A program made the position numbers and the translations under genes. The notes beneath the pieces are model-generated. The model worked only from the letters and a program-made list of their open reading frames with translations, had not been told where the DNA came from and did no database searches. From Octopus vulgaris (taxonomy: Eukaryota), in assembly GCA_951406725.2 (NCBI GenBank), contig OX597822.1, positions 83,328,001 to 83,392,000 of the forward strand: DNA of 64,000 bases, read 5' to 3'. The number at the start of each line of letters is the position of its first letter. The stretch's first letter is position 1. Shown here piece by piece: positions 14,519 to 27,804 of the stretch.

Positions 14519-15003
14519 ACAAATATACATGTATATCTTATATATACATATGAGTATATATGTATAAATATAAATGTAATGTCTATAAATACATACAACC
14601 ACATACACGCAAATATGCCAAATGCACACACATACGCACACGCACACACACAAACACACACAAACACTCACACAAAATATTATTATCATCGTTCTTTACA
14701 TTCACAAATAGATCCACTGTTACCATCAGAGCTATTTCTTTTGGAGCTGAGAGGCGGTTTCTGAAAGATTTCAATATAAGATAGAAGAAAAATCTCAAGG
14801 AGCAAGACTGACAGGTGTGATTGCTAAAAGCAACATGCAAATCTCTTTAAGGCTTTCATAATAACACCTTAATGATAACATATGCATCACCTGTGTAATA
14901 TACAAACAAATACACATATTCACATCCATGTATTTCTGTATAGATGTCATAAATATAGATATATTTAGATAATCAAAATACGCAACAGGTTATCAAGTAG
15001 TGA

Positions 15004-15089
15004 TGCAGTACGACCGTTTCAATCGGCGTAAATTAACTGAACAATGCAATCATTAAATCGATTTAAATGTAGTGCCATCTTCAGCTGCA
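15004..15089 (-). ncRNA. Hammerhead-like motif with long stem II (degenerate)
   Basis: Minus strand: tgcag-CTGAAGA-tggc...gccg-att-GAAA-cggtcg-TA-ctgca. Stem I is a perfect 5 bp; there are 3 extra nt before GAAA. Confidence 0.55.
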
Positions 15090-15387
15090 CAAAATATATG
15101 AAATTTTTTTTATAAGTTGGACACATTAATATGATTTTTCTTAAATATTTTAAAAGAGTAAGAAGATAGAAGAAATTCATGTTGTCGCTACTGTAGCAAA
15201 GTGGCTAAGAATAGAATACAGTTTCTTAGAATCGCATGGAGCGTAGTGGGGGTCATAGGGCCGTAAGGGTTGTAATTCATTTCTAATTTATTTATCCTTT
15301 TATCACCTCTAAATCTGAGGCTAGAAGATTGATATATATATACTACCACCAATGCTGCTGCTGCTGCTACTATTACTACTGCTGCTG

Positions 15388-15453
<66 letters not shown>

Positions 15454-15454
15454 G

Positions 15455-15990
15455 TGCATACCATCTAAGTGACGGTGTGGTATAAATATACGAAGTCCAG
15501 TATAACCATCATGTTTCATAAGGATACACCAGGCACATTCATCACAACCATATGTGCACGACATAGTGAAATCATATCGAGATAAACAGCGCATGGCCTT
15601 ACAGGTGGGGCCCAGTTAGAACTTTCTTCAGGTAGCCCCCACCCAGTTCAAAATGTCCCGAAATAATTGTTGTTTAAGGATTTTGAACGAAACATCCATG
15701 TTTCCAGAGGTGAATTATTAAAATCCCAAAGAATTCCTCTCAGCACATGGCTATTATTCTTCCCCACTACTTCTAATCATGATCAGAGATGCACATATCG
15801 TCAGTCACTAAGGGACATGCTCCACTGGTTAAGGTCAAACAACTGACAAGCAAATCTGTGGTATTGAGCAGAATATTTGCTGTAGCCCATCTTTTATAAC
15901 AAGACAAAACAACATACATGATAACACTTTCAATCAGTTAAGATCAGAAGAAGCCATGAGAGACACTGCCTGGTACTGAATCAGGGCATC
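15455..15990. repeat. Unclassified probable interspersed repeat
   Basis: GC-richer block of about 530 bp sharply bounded by (ACT)n and (ATT)n. Single copy in the window with no diagnostic motif. Confidence 0.3.
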
Positions 15991-15998
15991 TATTATTA

Positions 15999-16357
15999 TT
16001 ATCTCCGCCTTAGCGAAGGCGGAGGTATCGTTTGTAGTCGTGTTTATTTGTTTGTCCGTGGACAAGTTGTCTCAAGAACCACTGGATGGATTTGGATGAA
16101 ACTTTCAGGATGATTGGCCTCGTGACTGACACGAACCGATTAAATTTTGGGATCGATCTGGTACCGGATAAGGAATCGGGATTATTTTTCCTGTTTTTTA
16201 TTTAATTTTTGAGAGCGGTCGGGTTAATTTTTAGTGTTCTCGTTTGTGAGAGTAGTCGAGATTATTTCAGATATTGCCATTTTAAAAACCATCTCCGGCT
16301 AATCGTTGAGGGGATGTTGGTGTTGTCTTGGCGAAGGTTTCCGCCCTCTGAGTGCTC

Positions 16358-16362
<5 letters not shown>
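15999..16362 (+). mobile_element. Helentron-associated non-autonomous element (HINE-like)
   Basis: 5' sub-terminal hairpin ctccgcc-ttagcgaa-ggcggag, internal ggatggatttggatgaaact, and 3' subTIR ttggcgaaggt followed by stem-loop cgccctctgagtg and a T-run. Confidence 0.65.
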
Positions 16363-16443
<81 letters not shown>

Positions 16444-16446
16444 CTT

Positions 16447-16477
<31 letters not shown>

Positions 16478-16480
16478 TTC

Positions 16481-16560
<80 letters not shown>
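16361..16560. repeat. Compound microsatellite (ATT)n(GTT)n(CTT)n(ATT)n
   Basis: Directly visible. Confidence 0.95.
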
Positions 16561-16644
16561 CAGTTATTACTGGTACTAATATAGCAGTCTGTATAGGTGT
16601 ACGTTTGTAGCTTCAGAGAGGTTTCAATATCATTAACCTACACA

Positions 16645-16832
16645 AGGCTGCAAGTTGGCAGAAACGTTAGCACACCTCTGTCTTCATGTCCTGAGTTCAA
16701 ATTCTGCCGAGGTCGATTTTGCCTTTCATCCTTTCGGGGTAGATAAATTAAGTACCTGTTGAGTACTGGAGTCGATCTAATCGACTGGCCCTCTTCCTCC
16801 AAAATGCCGGCCTTGTGTCTAGAGTAGAAATG
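16645..16832 (+). mobile_element. MetaSINE-like tRNA SINE
   Basis: tggcagaaacgttag A box, gagttcaaattc B box, gcctttcatcctttcggggtagat core. Confidence 0.9.
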
Positions 16833-17199
16833 AATATCATTAACCTCCACGAGAACCATCAGAAGAACCTAATAAAGAGTCCAATAATTTGGAGCTAAAA
16901 GTTGCCGTCAGTACTTACAAACATTTAACCTTTTAGCTGCAACTATCAGCCAAAACCAGCGTAAATTTCCTACTGCACATTATATGAATAACAACTGAAT
17001 ATTATATGTAGACAAACGATTCAAAACACCCAGTGAGTCTCCTTAGAAATCTACCAAATAAATCGAACCAGTGAAATTCCATAATCTCGAATGATCCATT
17101 TGATAGCGTAGCTAGGATACTCCACCGTGCATTGAGACTTTTTAAATCCAATAAGTATACAGAGCTGACTTTTAAGGCATGAGATAGTTAGACCTTGGC

Positions 17200-17950
17200 C
17201 TATAGTCCTCAGTTTTTACTCTCGATAAATATAATGACACTGATAGAAAAGAATAATCCGAAATATTTTTGATGGATTTTATTACACTGATAAATAAATA
17301 ACGTGGCATAATCCTTGATGTATTTTTTGATAAATGTAGTCAAGGATATGGGAACACTTTTCAGTTTGGTCAGAATTTTCCTACTTGACATAAGTACAGA
17401 AAAATCTATACCAATTCCTCCACAATTGTGAACCTCTAAAATTCAGAAAGGACTAAATCTAGAATCAAAACGTTTAATCACAGAAACAAAGTTCTCATTC
17501 TCCAAGTGGATATACTGTCATCAGAAGCGACCTATATATTCAGCCATTGTTACATCAAATATCAAGTAAAATCCAATTTATCTTATACGTTTGACGCTGA
17601 GCCAACTTACGGGGCCGACTTCAACATAACTAACCATACATTGAGAACATCTCCAAAAATAAAGGTTACAAAAATTCTACAGATACTTTTTTGCAAATAG
17701 TAATAGGTTGTATGTCATTATCTATAAATTTCTATAGCTCTTACGTACACGAAATTCAATACTTTTTGTATTCTTTACACCTTGGCACAGCTACAGTATT
17801 TAAAAAAACATACAAAATTATTAAATCATGGCACAGATTAAAAGTTTTCAAATTCTCACTCGGGAAGAAAGTTCCTATAAAAAGTGCAGACATCCAACTG
17901 GACTCAACATGTGATTCTAGTAGCATTTATTACACAGGTATTCCTATCAT
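17200..17950 (+). mobile_element. Possible highly decayed Penelope-like remnant
   Basis: Only weak peptide echoes (PQL*TSKIQK resembling PxFYxLPKIHK; KKCRHP...TCDSS resembling the Cys linker before GIY-YIG). Confidence 0.3.
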
Positions 17951-18420
17951 TATACTTTCATACTCCTATGCATTTCATTTTAATATCATTTTAAAGTTTA
18001 TTTTACTATTTCCTTCTAGTTTCTTTTATACTAGTATTCTATGCTTAGTAAATTAAATAAAGAATTACAGGAACCACGTTTCGTTAATGAATCAATAAGT
18101 TTACATAAATATCACAGAGAGCAAAAGGTTTATTGGATTTACAGTTCTTTTACATTTCCTTTCATATGTATTTTCTATTTTCTTTTGTATTCACTGAACA
18201 CTTGAGAGAAAAGAATGCGTAGACTTATTTAACTAGCAACCTTTATTTATAAATATACAGAGCAATTGAAAGTTCGTAGCTATATTTGATATGCAATTAT
18301 ATCAATACGTACTTCTCGACAATAGGGATAATTGACGTAGTTACAGATCTGAGACACACTCGCATATAAACCAGCCACCACACACACACACACTCATAAA
18401 CGCGCACACAAACACGAATT

Positions 18421-18900
<480 letters not shown>

Positions 18901-19439
18901 TTTATTTGTCCATCTTTCTATGCATTTATCTATATAACATAATTAAAATAAATAGAACAATGCACAAGCGGATTCATATATATTATACACATCAAATGAA
19001 CATACGGAAGGAAAAATATAGGCTGTCAATCGAAAACCAAGACAAAATCTTAACAAAAGCCTAACAGCTCACACAGGAACGCTTGGCTGAAACGGAGTGC
19101 AAATTGTGCTAAGCATCTTTCTGATTTTAAAATTCAACCTTGACAAATATTATCTAAAGAGACATCGTATGAGAAACTATTACTTGTAACATAATTTAAT
19201 GAATATCCAACAAGTCGTAGGAGACATAACTTCTTATACATTCGAAGTCACGCATATGTATCATGTTGTCGATTTGTATGTATAACATATGCATGTATGA
19301 ATGTATGTATGTATATATGTGTGTATGTATGTATAGTTCAATAGGTACCATGTATGAACTTCCGCCTCCTGAGGCATATCGTAAATTCTGTCGATTGGAG
19401 TAGAAAAATTGTGTTGTGCAGATTGACGAATGAGAGATA

Positions 19440-20305
19440 TCGGCGGTTAGAGATGTCCGAAAAGTTGCTGAGGCCGTTAGAGAATTCAAGTGCTGAATAA
19501 AGAACAACAGGGCATGCAGTTGGAGATGAAATGACATGGCCATTAAATGCAATAAGACAAGGATGTTGGAATTAAACAACGTTATTTATTGCTGACGGAT
19601 AAATAGCGGAAATAAAAGACAGAAACGCTAATTATAGCCGCTCAGGAAGAAGCCATTAGAACGAATCTGTTTAAGAGGAAGATCGACAAAACTCAGACAG
19701 CAAATATAGAATCTGTTAGGAAGGAGATGGAACTGTTAAACATTTATTGCATTATTTCAGTAAGCTAGCACGAAAAGAGTATAAACGCGGGCATGGGAGT
19801 GTAGTTAGCAGAGTGCTTTGATACGTTAGTCCAGCGTGTGGTTTCGAAATAACAAAGAGATGGTACGAACGCGATCGCGTGGATGTGATAGAGAACACGA
19901 ATTACAGGATTCTATACGATTTCCCACAAAAGACCTGTCATACTATTCAAGCAAGAAGGATAGATATGATTATGGAGGACTAAATGAATAGATTAAGCTG
20001 ATAATCTTAGTTATTCCTCATGATGATGGAGTCGATATCGAAGAAATTAAACACATTGAGAAATATCATGAGCAAGATTGCAACCGATTAAGACAACATT
20101 CATTCGTATGATAGTTCGTGCATAACGCCCAAGCAGCAGCTTAAGAGCATGAAATATATCGAAACTGAAACTGGAATTGATGGCCTACAGAAAAGTGCCC
20201 TTACGTATTCTGCAACAGTTCTTAAAGAAGATTCTTGAGATTTGAGGAACCTTGTCGTCACCAACCTGCAAGGTAATATTTCTGCTAAGCAAATTAACAT
20301 ATAAT
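19440..20305 (+). mobile_element. Decayed R4/Dong-like non-LTR retrotransposon 3' region (Zn knuckle plus restriction-like endonuclease)
   Basis: Plus-strand remnants DSKYRIC*EGDGTVKHLL...SKLARKEYKRGH; RILYDFPQKTCHTIQARRIDMI; IEKY; LQKSALTYSATVL. Multiple stops and frameshifts. Confidence 0.8.
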
Positions 20306-20329
20306 AGCTTTGGAATAACGATAATTATG

Positions 20330-20523
20330 ATTTCAAATATTGGTACAAGGCCAGCAGTTTCAGGGGAACGGTTAACACCAGTGTGCGACTCGTACTTATT
20401 TTGTCCACCTCAAAAGGATAAAAGGTAAAGCTGACCTCGGTAGAATTCGAATACACAACAACGTTAGAAATGCCGCTAAGCAATGTTTCCGATGCGGTAA
20501 CGATTCTCCCAGCTCGTCGCCTC
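20330..20523 (-). mobile_element. MetaSINE-like tRNA SINE
   Basis: Diverged reverse-complement match to the other copies. Confidence 0.8.
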
Positions 20524-20574
20524 AGTTAATAGTAATAAGATACGTGTAGTCATTTATATGTTTGTATATATATA

Positions 20575-20775
20575 ATAGGGAGAATTCACAAAAAAAATAA
20601 TAAAAGACGAAGACGGCTGCCGTAGACATCAAAAAGATGTATTAGTATAACGCTCGGGAAGTGAAAAAGTCTTTAGCGTTTCGAGCATAGACTCTTCCAC
20701 AGAAAGGAACACAGAAAGAAACAAGGAGAGAAAATAACGAATGTGTAGTGGCTAGCGATCCATCATGGCGAATTT
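20575..20775 (-). mobile_element. Penelope pLTR-like non-coding fragment with variant hammerhead-like motif at 20671-20706
   Basis: Minus strand: cttt-CTGTGGAA-gag-tctatg-ctc-GAAA-cg-CT-aaag. Flanked by TA/TACA microsatellites. Confidence 0.45.
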
Positions 20776-20927
20776 GTATACATACATACATACATACATA
20801 CATACATACATACATACATACATACATACACACACACATACATACATACATACATATATACATACATACATATATATACATACATACATGTACATATACA
20901 TATACATATATATATAATATATATATG

Positions 20928-20958
<31 letters not shown>

Positions 20959-21214
20959 AAATATGTATATATATACATACATATATATGTATATATATTA
21001 TATATATATTTTATATATATATATGTATATGTAAATGCACCTGTATATAAAGAGAAGGAAAGCTAAAATAAAATGTGGAAGCGTGTGTGTGTGTGTGTTG
21101 TTTGTGTATGTGAGAGAGAGAGATAGATAGGTAGATAGGCAGACAGACAAACATACAAACAGATAGATAGAGAGAGAGAGAGAGAGAAGGAGAGCGAGAG
21201 AGAGAGAGAAGGAG

Positions 21215-21282
<68 letters not shown>

Positions 21283-21315
21283 ACTAATTTCAGACAGGTA
21301 GAATTATGTACTTAC

Positions 21316-21472
21316 CCCAACCTAAAAGGTAATAGAGTTTGTAGTTTGGGTTGCCCGAAAATACGGAGACGACGATCATGTTATGAAGATAAAATCCTTC
21401 GAGAAACATCCACATGAAGCATACTGTTTTCGTATATTCCAACAAACTGTACACTGTTTTGCACAGGGACGG
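21316..21472 (-). CDS. PDF-receptor-like class B1 GPCR, internal exon encoding TM3-ICL2-start of TM4
   Basis: Acceptor gtttacag, then PSLCKTVYSLLEYTKTVCFMWMFLEGFYLHNMIVVSVFSGNPNYKLYYLLGW(G), then donor gtaagt. 157 nt, phase 0 to 1. Contains the conserved TM3 Cys, FxWMFxEGxYLH and GWG motifs. Confidence 0.96.
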
Positions 21473-21592
21473 CTGTAAACATAGGAAATAATACAAATGA
21501 AATGACAAATCATGACAAAATTCAAAACAAAACGAAACAGCTTCATAGAAATACAACTATATGACATTAACATAAAAAAATCAATGCCGAAA

Positions 21593-21976
21593 TCTCTCTC
21601 TATATAAACGGCAGTTTGTCTGTGCGTGTTTCTGTGTGTCTGTTTGCTTGTACCCTCACCCTGACCACGGCTTTCAACCGATTCTGATGAAACTTGACAC
21701 ACACATAGCCCAATGTCATAATTCAAAACTAACGCAGCGAAAATTTTGAAAAGTTCACCCAGTTCTGAAAAAAATCGATAAATTCGACATGGGGTCGAGA
21801 ATCAGAAACACAAACCGCAAGCTGTCTAGGGGACGCAACTCCACTTTTTTTTACTCTCAAAAAAGATTTACCATCATTTTTTTCCATTTTTTTGCTATTT
21901 TTTGGCTATAACTCTCTAAAAATGCTTTATAGTTATTTCCCTTACAAACCTGAGCAACGCCGGGCGATACTGCTAG
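21593..21976 (+). mobile_element. Non-autonomous Helitron (384 bp)
   Basis: A|TC 5' end, CTAG|T 3' end, and a GC-rich sub-terminal hairpin cctgagcaacgccggg about 10 nt before CTAG. No TSD. Confidence 0.8.
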
Positions 21977-22009
21977 TCATTTTATAAAGTTGAAATATGT
22001 CTTTTGTCT

Positions 22010-22550
22010 TATACATGTTTCATTCTTAAAACTACGGCCATGCTGGAGCACCGCTTTCAAGGGTTTTAATCGAACAAATACAGTCGAACAGTGCTTTTCT
22101 ATAGGCTTTTGTCGAACTGCTAAATCACGAAGACCTAGACAAAACAATCCCGGTCGCCAGCTGGCATGGAGTTGACGAACAAACATTAAGACGTACGCAT
22201 ACATCTATGTCCCTCTCTTCCTCTCTTTCTGTCTCTCTTTCTACACACACACACATACACACACACACAGACACATACACAGACACACACACACACACAT
22301 ACATACACACACACATACACCTTCATCACATGAAACCGTTAATACCAACACATTTGTCATCCTTCCGTTTTTCTCTCTCTCTCTCACACACTCACGACTG
22401 ACGGTTTCCGTCTCCAAAATTCATTTAAAAGGCTTTGTTTGGTCTGGGGCTATATTAAAATGTATTACCCAAAGTGCAGCGCAGTTGGACTGAACCTGAA
22501 ACATCTGGTTGCAGAACGAGCTTCTTAAGGTTATACTCATGCTTGCACCG
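22010..22550 (-). mobile_element. SINE family B
   Basis: acggccatgctggagcaccgc tail, internal CT/CA microsatellite, head near 22480-22550. Confidence 0.7.
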
Positions 22551-22637
22551 CAATAATTTTCTGAAATTACTGTTTTCATGTCTGTACGACCCCTTATAAT
22601 AAACCAATTATCTTTACATATAACAGGAAGATATTCG

Positions 22638-22842
22638 TTTCTACTCTTGGCAGAAGGCCTGAAATTTATGGGAAGTGGTCCAGTTGATTAGATCGACCCC
22701 AGTACGCAACTGGTACTTAATTTATCGAGCCCGAAAGAATGAAAGGCCAAGTTGACCTCGGCGGAATTTGAATTCAGAACGTAAAGACAGACGAAATACC
22801 GCTAAGTATTTCGTGCTAACGTTTCCGCCATCTCGCCGCCTT
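22638..22842 (-). mobile_element. MetaSINE-like tRNA SINE
   Basis: Near-consensus full copy ending ctcgccgcctt. Confidence 0.9.
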
Positions 22843-23639
22843 AGACGTTTCTAGGATCACGCTATTTATGAGTTTTCTCTTCCTACTCTTTAATGTTCAG
22901 CTAGTTTGAAGCAGATATGGCGACTATTTCTAACAGCTGCTGCTATAGAATATTGGCTCCCATGAAGAGACTATGTTTGGTACATTAGTAAACAAAATAT
23001 GTAGAGACATCTTAAAGCTGGAAAGCTGATCAGAATACATTCAAAGGAGTTAACATCGCTAAAAACAACCAAGAGCCAAGTACTGGCGTTCAACTCGATC
23101 GCTGGATGTCACTCACGTATTTTCCTTACATATAATTTGTCTACCATCATGTAAATCGATAGAGGTCGCGTCTCTCTGAGACGTAACTTTCTTATGGTTT
23201 CAGCTCAGTATTTTAAGATTATGCAGCACTTTTCAATTATACAAGTGACCTTACACGGATTATGTATGAACATTAACAGAGGCTATATATAATTAATCTT
23301 CTGATAGAGGAAATTGAAAATATTATGTCTCAGGAAAATGCCTTAACCCTTTTAATCTTCAGGATCCTATCGACTCTGACAGAAGCAGCTCACACCTCTA
23401 CAGCCAAACAAAGATATAATTATACCATGAGTAGAATAGATATTTTTGTTCATTTCTTTCCATATCCGTTACCAGTGGAGAACAAAGATAAGTCATGTCG
23501 TTCTTGTACTTTCACTTGGCGTTAAAACATCTTAAATATAACTGTTCGAAAACTATTTTTGAATGGATGCTTTGTTTGTCCTATATAACTGTTTAATTTT
23601 TGTTCGTTTATGTTTTTCCTCTTTTTTTTTTATAATTAT

Positions 23640-23862
23640 CTAATGGCTGGTACTTATTCTATTGGTCTCTGCCTATCGAAACACTGGTTTACGAGACGTA
23701 AACAAACTAACACCTGATGTCAAGCGATGGTTGGTGACAAGTAGAAAGACGCGCATAAATATACGATGGGCTTTATTCAGTTTCCGTCTACCTGCCACGC
23801 AACGGAACTGAAACTAGAAACATGTGTTTGGGAAGCAAAATTCTTACCACACAGCCACGCTT
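23640..23862 (-). mobile_element. SINE family B, internally deleted
   Basis: gacgtaaacaaactaacacctgatgtcaagcgatgg; cgatgggctttattcagtttccgtctacc. Confidence 0.65.
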
Positions 23863-24794
23863 ATGTACAACGCCACGATATTTAATTTCACAATATATAT
23901 AACACTAGAAGCAATTTATTTTCAAATAATTAAGCTTCGTACATCTGGTAATTACACATTTGCGACGTCAGTTCATAACTTGTTTGCCTACTTTTGCATT
24001 ATGGCATCTAATAACACTCAGCATGACCCACACACAAAATCCTCCTTGGATGAACAAAAAGTGGAAGTTTCCAGATGTACAGGAAATGATCTTTGATAAA
24101 TTTTTCCCTATATTTATTCTGCTATCTGTGTGCATCGTTCGCCGTATTTTCTTGCAACGGTTACATGGCGATACAGTGGAGTGTGGCCTCTCTCTTCTAA
24201 TGTGTCACGTCATATGGAGAGATATTTCATACTGTTTTATTAACAGTTTGAGTTTTATTAACAGTGGGTTGATATTTGGGTCCCAAAGTGTTAGGACGAG
24301 ACCACTGTAGGTTTAAACTTCAATATTTTCAGATCGGTTTGAACCGTCGAATTCAAGCCAAATTTATCATGTTCTCTGTTATTCATTTATCGACTGTACC
24401 ATTTGCGTTTAGTCACGTATTTCATAATCCTATATTTCTATATTTACTACCATCCGATCTCCTAAGATATTTTAGGCATAAATTAACCAGATCGCATTTC
24501 TGGATTTATTCTCGGACTAGACATTTGGCCTGAACGCCTGCAACGGAGAGGATTTTATTAAAAATGCCTAAATCAGATAGTAGTATAAAATTTGACGGGA
24601 AAACATTGCATTAATAATCCCAGGGAAAAAGATAGTCAAACTCTATAAAGATTCGATATACAACGTACATATACATTTGTGTATATGCATATATACATAC
24701 TACATACATACATAGACACATATAGATGCACAGCACATACATGCACAAACACAAATACATGCATACACACGCATATATACATATATACATGCAT

Positions 24795-25425
24795 GATGGC
24801 TGCCCCATCGTCATCGAGTATGGCCATTGCACAAGGCTTAACTGTTAATGGTGCTGTGATCAAATATGAATGTTTAGCCCAGCTAAAGATCTACAATGTC
24901 TTAGACAGAATTGGCAGCTAAAACCTTTACTGACAGTAGCCAGCTGTAGTTGTAATTGGGCTTAACGTACCTTTGCATGTCGTTTGAGTCCTCCTGCCGA
25001 ATTACACTCCCTTCCACATGCCTGACAGATATGATTAGTATGGTGTGTAGCACCACCACCATCGGCCTGGTAGTCAATCCTCAGTCTCGCTTTATGACTA
25101 TGAAGATAACTCATGAGCCCAGCTTTACTGAGGCAGGGTCTTGCACAGACACTGCATGTCAGCGTCATAGGAAGACCCTTACCGAATGGAAGTGCAATAG
25201 CGATGCCCTTCCTGACATCCCTCCTTACTTTCCCATGCGCAACTCGAGATTTCTCAAAAGTAGCTGTCCCCTCATGCACAATCCTTCTTCACCTGCTACC
25301 GGCAATAGCTATGCTCTCCCATGTGTCAGGAGAGATGCTAGCATCTTTCAAGGAAGCCTTCAGCAAGTCTTTATCACTCTTTTCTGGTTTATATGAAGGT
25401 CGTTCTCCTTTAGCTAATTCTCCAT
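24795..25425 (-). mobile_element. RTE-clade LINE 3' end with three tandem C2H2-type zinc fingers
   Basis: YGELAKGERPSYKPEKSDKDLLKASLKDASISPDTWESIA is an RTE C-terminal signature. It is followed by CSVCARPCLSKAGLMSYLHSH, CQACGRECNSAGGLKRHAKV and CQFCLRHCRSLAGLNIHI*SQH. 5'-truncated at (TATG)n. Confidence 0.85.
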
Positions 25426-25726
25426 ACATACATACATACATACATACATACATACATACATACATACATACATACATACATACATACATACATACATAAT
25501 ACATACATACATACATACATACATACATACATACATACACACGTACATACATATCTGTCTCTGTGTATCTGCCTTTCTATGTATATAAATCTATATATAC
25601 ACACATCCAAAATTCCAAACGGGATGACAACTGAAGATACATCATTAAAATAATCGCAGGACATGTTTAAGGTTCTATAGCAAATATAAACGAATATATA
25701 TATATATATGTGTGTGTATGTATATT

Positions 25727-25785
<59 letters not shown>

Positions 25786-26097
25786 ATATATATTTGTTAT
25801 AGATCCTTAAGCATGTCCTGCGAAAAATTATATACATACATACATATACACGTATGCATGTTTGTGTGTACACACACACACACACACGTGCGTACACAAA
25901 CACATATATGTTGCCTTCATTATCAAGTTGCAATGATATGCCTCGATGCTTTGATGATGTAGAATTATGTTAGCTACAAGACCATGTAAATCTGCATAGA
26001 CATGCATTCCTCTGGAAGAGGCGTAAGTATGTTCACCTACATGCATACATACATGCAAACATAATTATATATACGCATTTATGTATGTGTGTATATT

Positions 26098-26130
<33 letters not shown>

Positions 26131-26821
26131 CTATTGAATTTTAGTTTCATTTTTTCATTTACATTGTGTTACTTACGCACTTTAGATTTATTGATTAGCC
26201 CTTAGGTATACTCTCTTGCAAAAATCTAATTTAATTCGGCATTTGAAAAATATTTAATGTTAAATATGTATATATAGAAAGAGAGAAAGGGAGACTAGCT
26301 GATAAACTGAGTAAAAGAACTACAAAAACTGTAATAGATAGATAGATAAATAGATAGATAAATAGATAGATAAATAGATAGATAAATAGAGAGATAAATA
26401 GATAGATAGATAGATAGATTGATAGATAGGTAGATAGATAGATACAGAGAAGGGCAGAGGTTATCGAGAGAAATTATCCTATAGCAACGAATTAGTAAAA
26501 TTAAAGCTAGAGATATATTTAGTTTCTCCCTGGTTACTTTAGTTGCACGATAAGTAGTTATTCTCAATATAGAATTTATTAAGAGGAACTTACATTATAT
26601 TGCAGGTAAATTTTGTTTATTCAGGCTTCTTGCCAAGTCTAAACACCAACTAAAGATATATTTGAAATGCCGATTTATTAACATCAGCGAGAAAAAATGG
26701 AAAGGAATCAAATCAATAGCAGCCAGGCACTTATTCCATCGATCTGCGAAAGATGGAACGTGACGTGTATGTATGTATGTATGTATGTATGTATGTATGT
26801 ATGTATGTATGTATGTATGTA

Positions 26822-26856
<35 letters not shown>

Positions 26857-26979
26857 ATGTATGTATGTATGTATGTATGCATGCACTTATGCATGTATTT
26901 ACATATGTATGTATGTATGCATCTATGACTTAATGGTCTTCGTTCTCGTTGCTTAGGCGGCTGAACATGTATGTTTGTG

Positions 26980-27042
<63 letters not shown>

Positions 27043-27065
27043 TATATAAACGTGCTGTCGTTTCT

Positions 27066-27482
27066 TATTTCTTTAATGCCCACAAAGGGCTAAATATAGA
27101 GGGGACAAACAAGGACAGACAAAGGGATTAAGTCGATTAGATCGACGCCAGTGCGTTACTGGTACTTAATTTATCGACCCTAAAAGGATAAAAGGCAAAG
27201 TCGACCTCGGTGGAATTTGAACTCAGAACGTAACGGCAGACGAAATACCTATTTCTTTACTACCCACAAGAGGTTAAACACAGAGAGGACAAACAAGGAC
27301 AGACAAACGGATTAAGTTGATTATATCGACCTCAGTGCGTAACTGGTACTTAATTTATGGACCTCGAAAGGATGAAAGGCAAAGTCGACCTCGGCGGAAT
27401 TTGAACTCAGAACGTTACGACAGACGAATTACCGCTACGCATTTCGCCCGGTGTGCTAACGTTTCTGCCAGCTCGCCGCCTT
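27066..27482 (-). mobile_element. Dimeric MetaSINE-like element
   Basis: Full head+core+tail unit fused to a 5'-truncated second unit at gacgaaatacctatttc (about 27240-27256). Confidence 0.88.
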
Positions 27483-27619
27483 TCAGCTGACATTGAAGCT
27501 GTTTGGGATTTAGATTGCTCCATAACATTGGAATGGTAAGAAAGAGAACAGGTGGGTTGGTGATATATAAACCGCTTCAACGTTGAATTTAGAGACCGTG
27601 CTTAGTCATTTACTAAATC

Positions 27620-27795
27620 GTGGCACTCCGTCGGTTACGACGACGAGTGTCTCAGCTTATCCGATTAACGGAACAGCCTGCTTGTAAAATTAACATGCAA
27701 GTACTCCACAGACACGTGTACCCTTCACGCAGTTCTCGGGGAGATTCAGCGTGACATAGATTGTGACAAGACTGGACCTTTGAAATACAGGTACA
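27620..27795 (-). mobile_element. SINE 3' fragment
   Basis: GC-rich block gtggcactccgtcggttacgacgacgag...cacagacacgtgtacccttcacgcag abutting the SINE at 27805. Family assignment from recollection only. Confidence 0.5.
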
Positions 27796-27804
27796 TTAGA
27801 AAAA

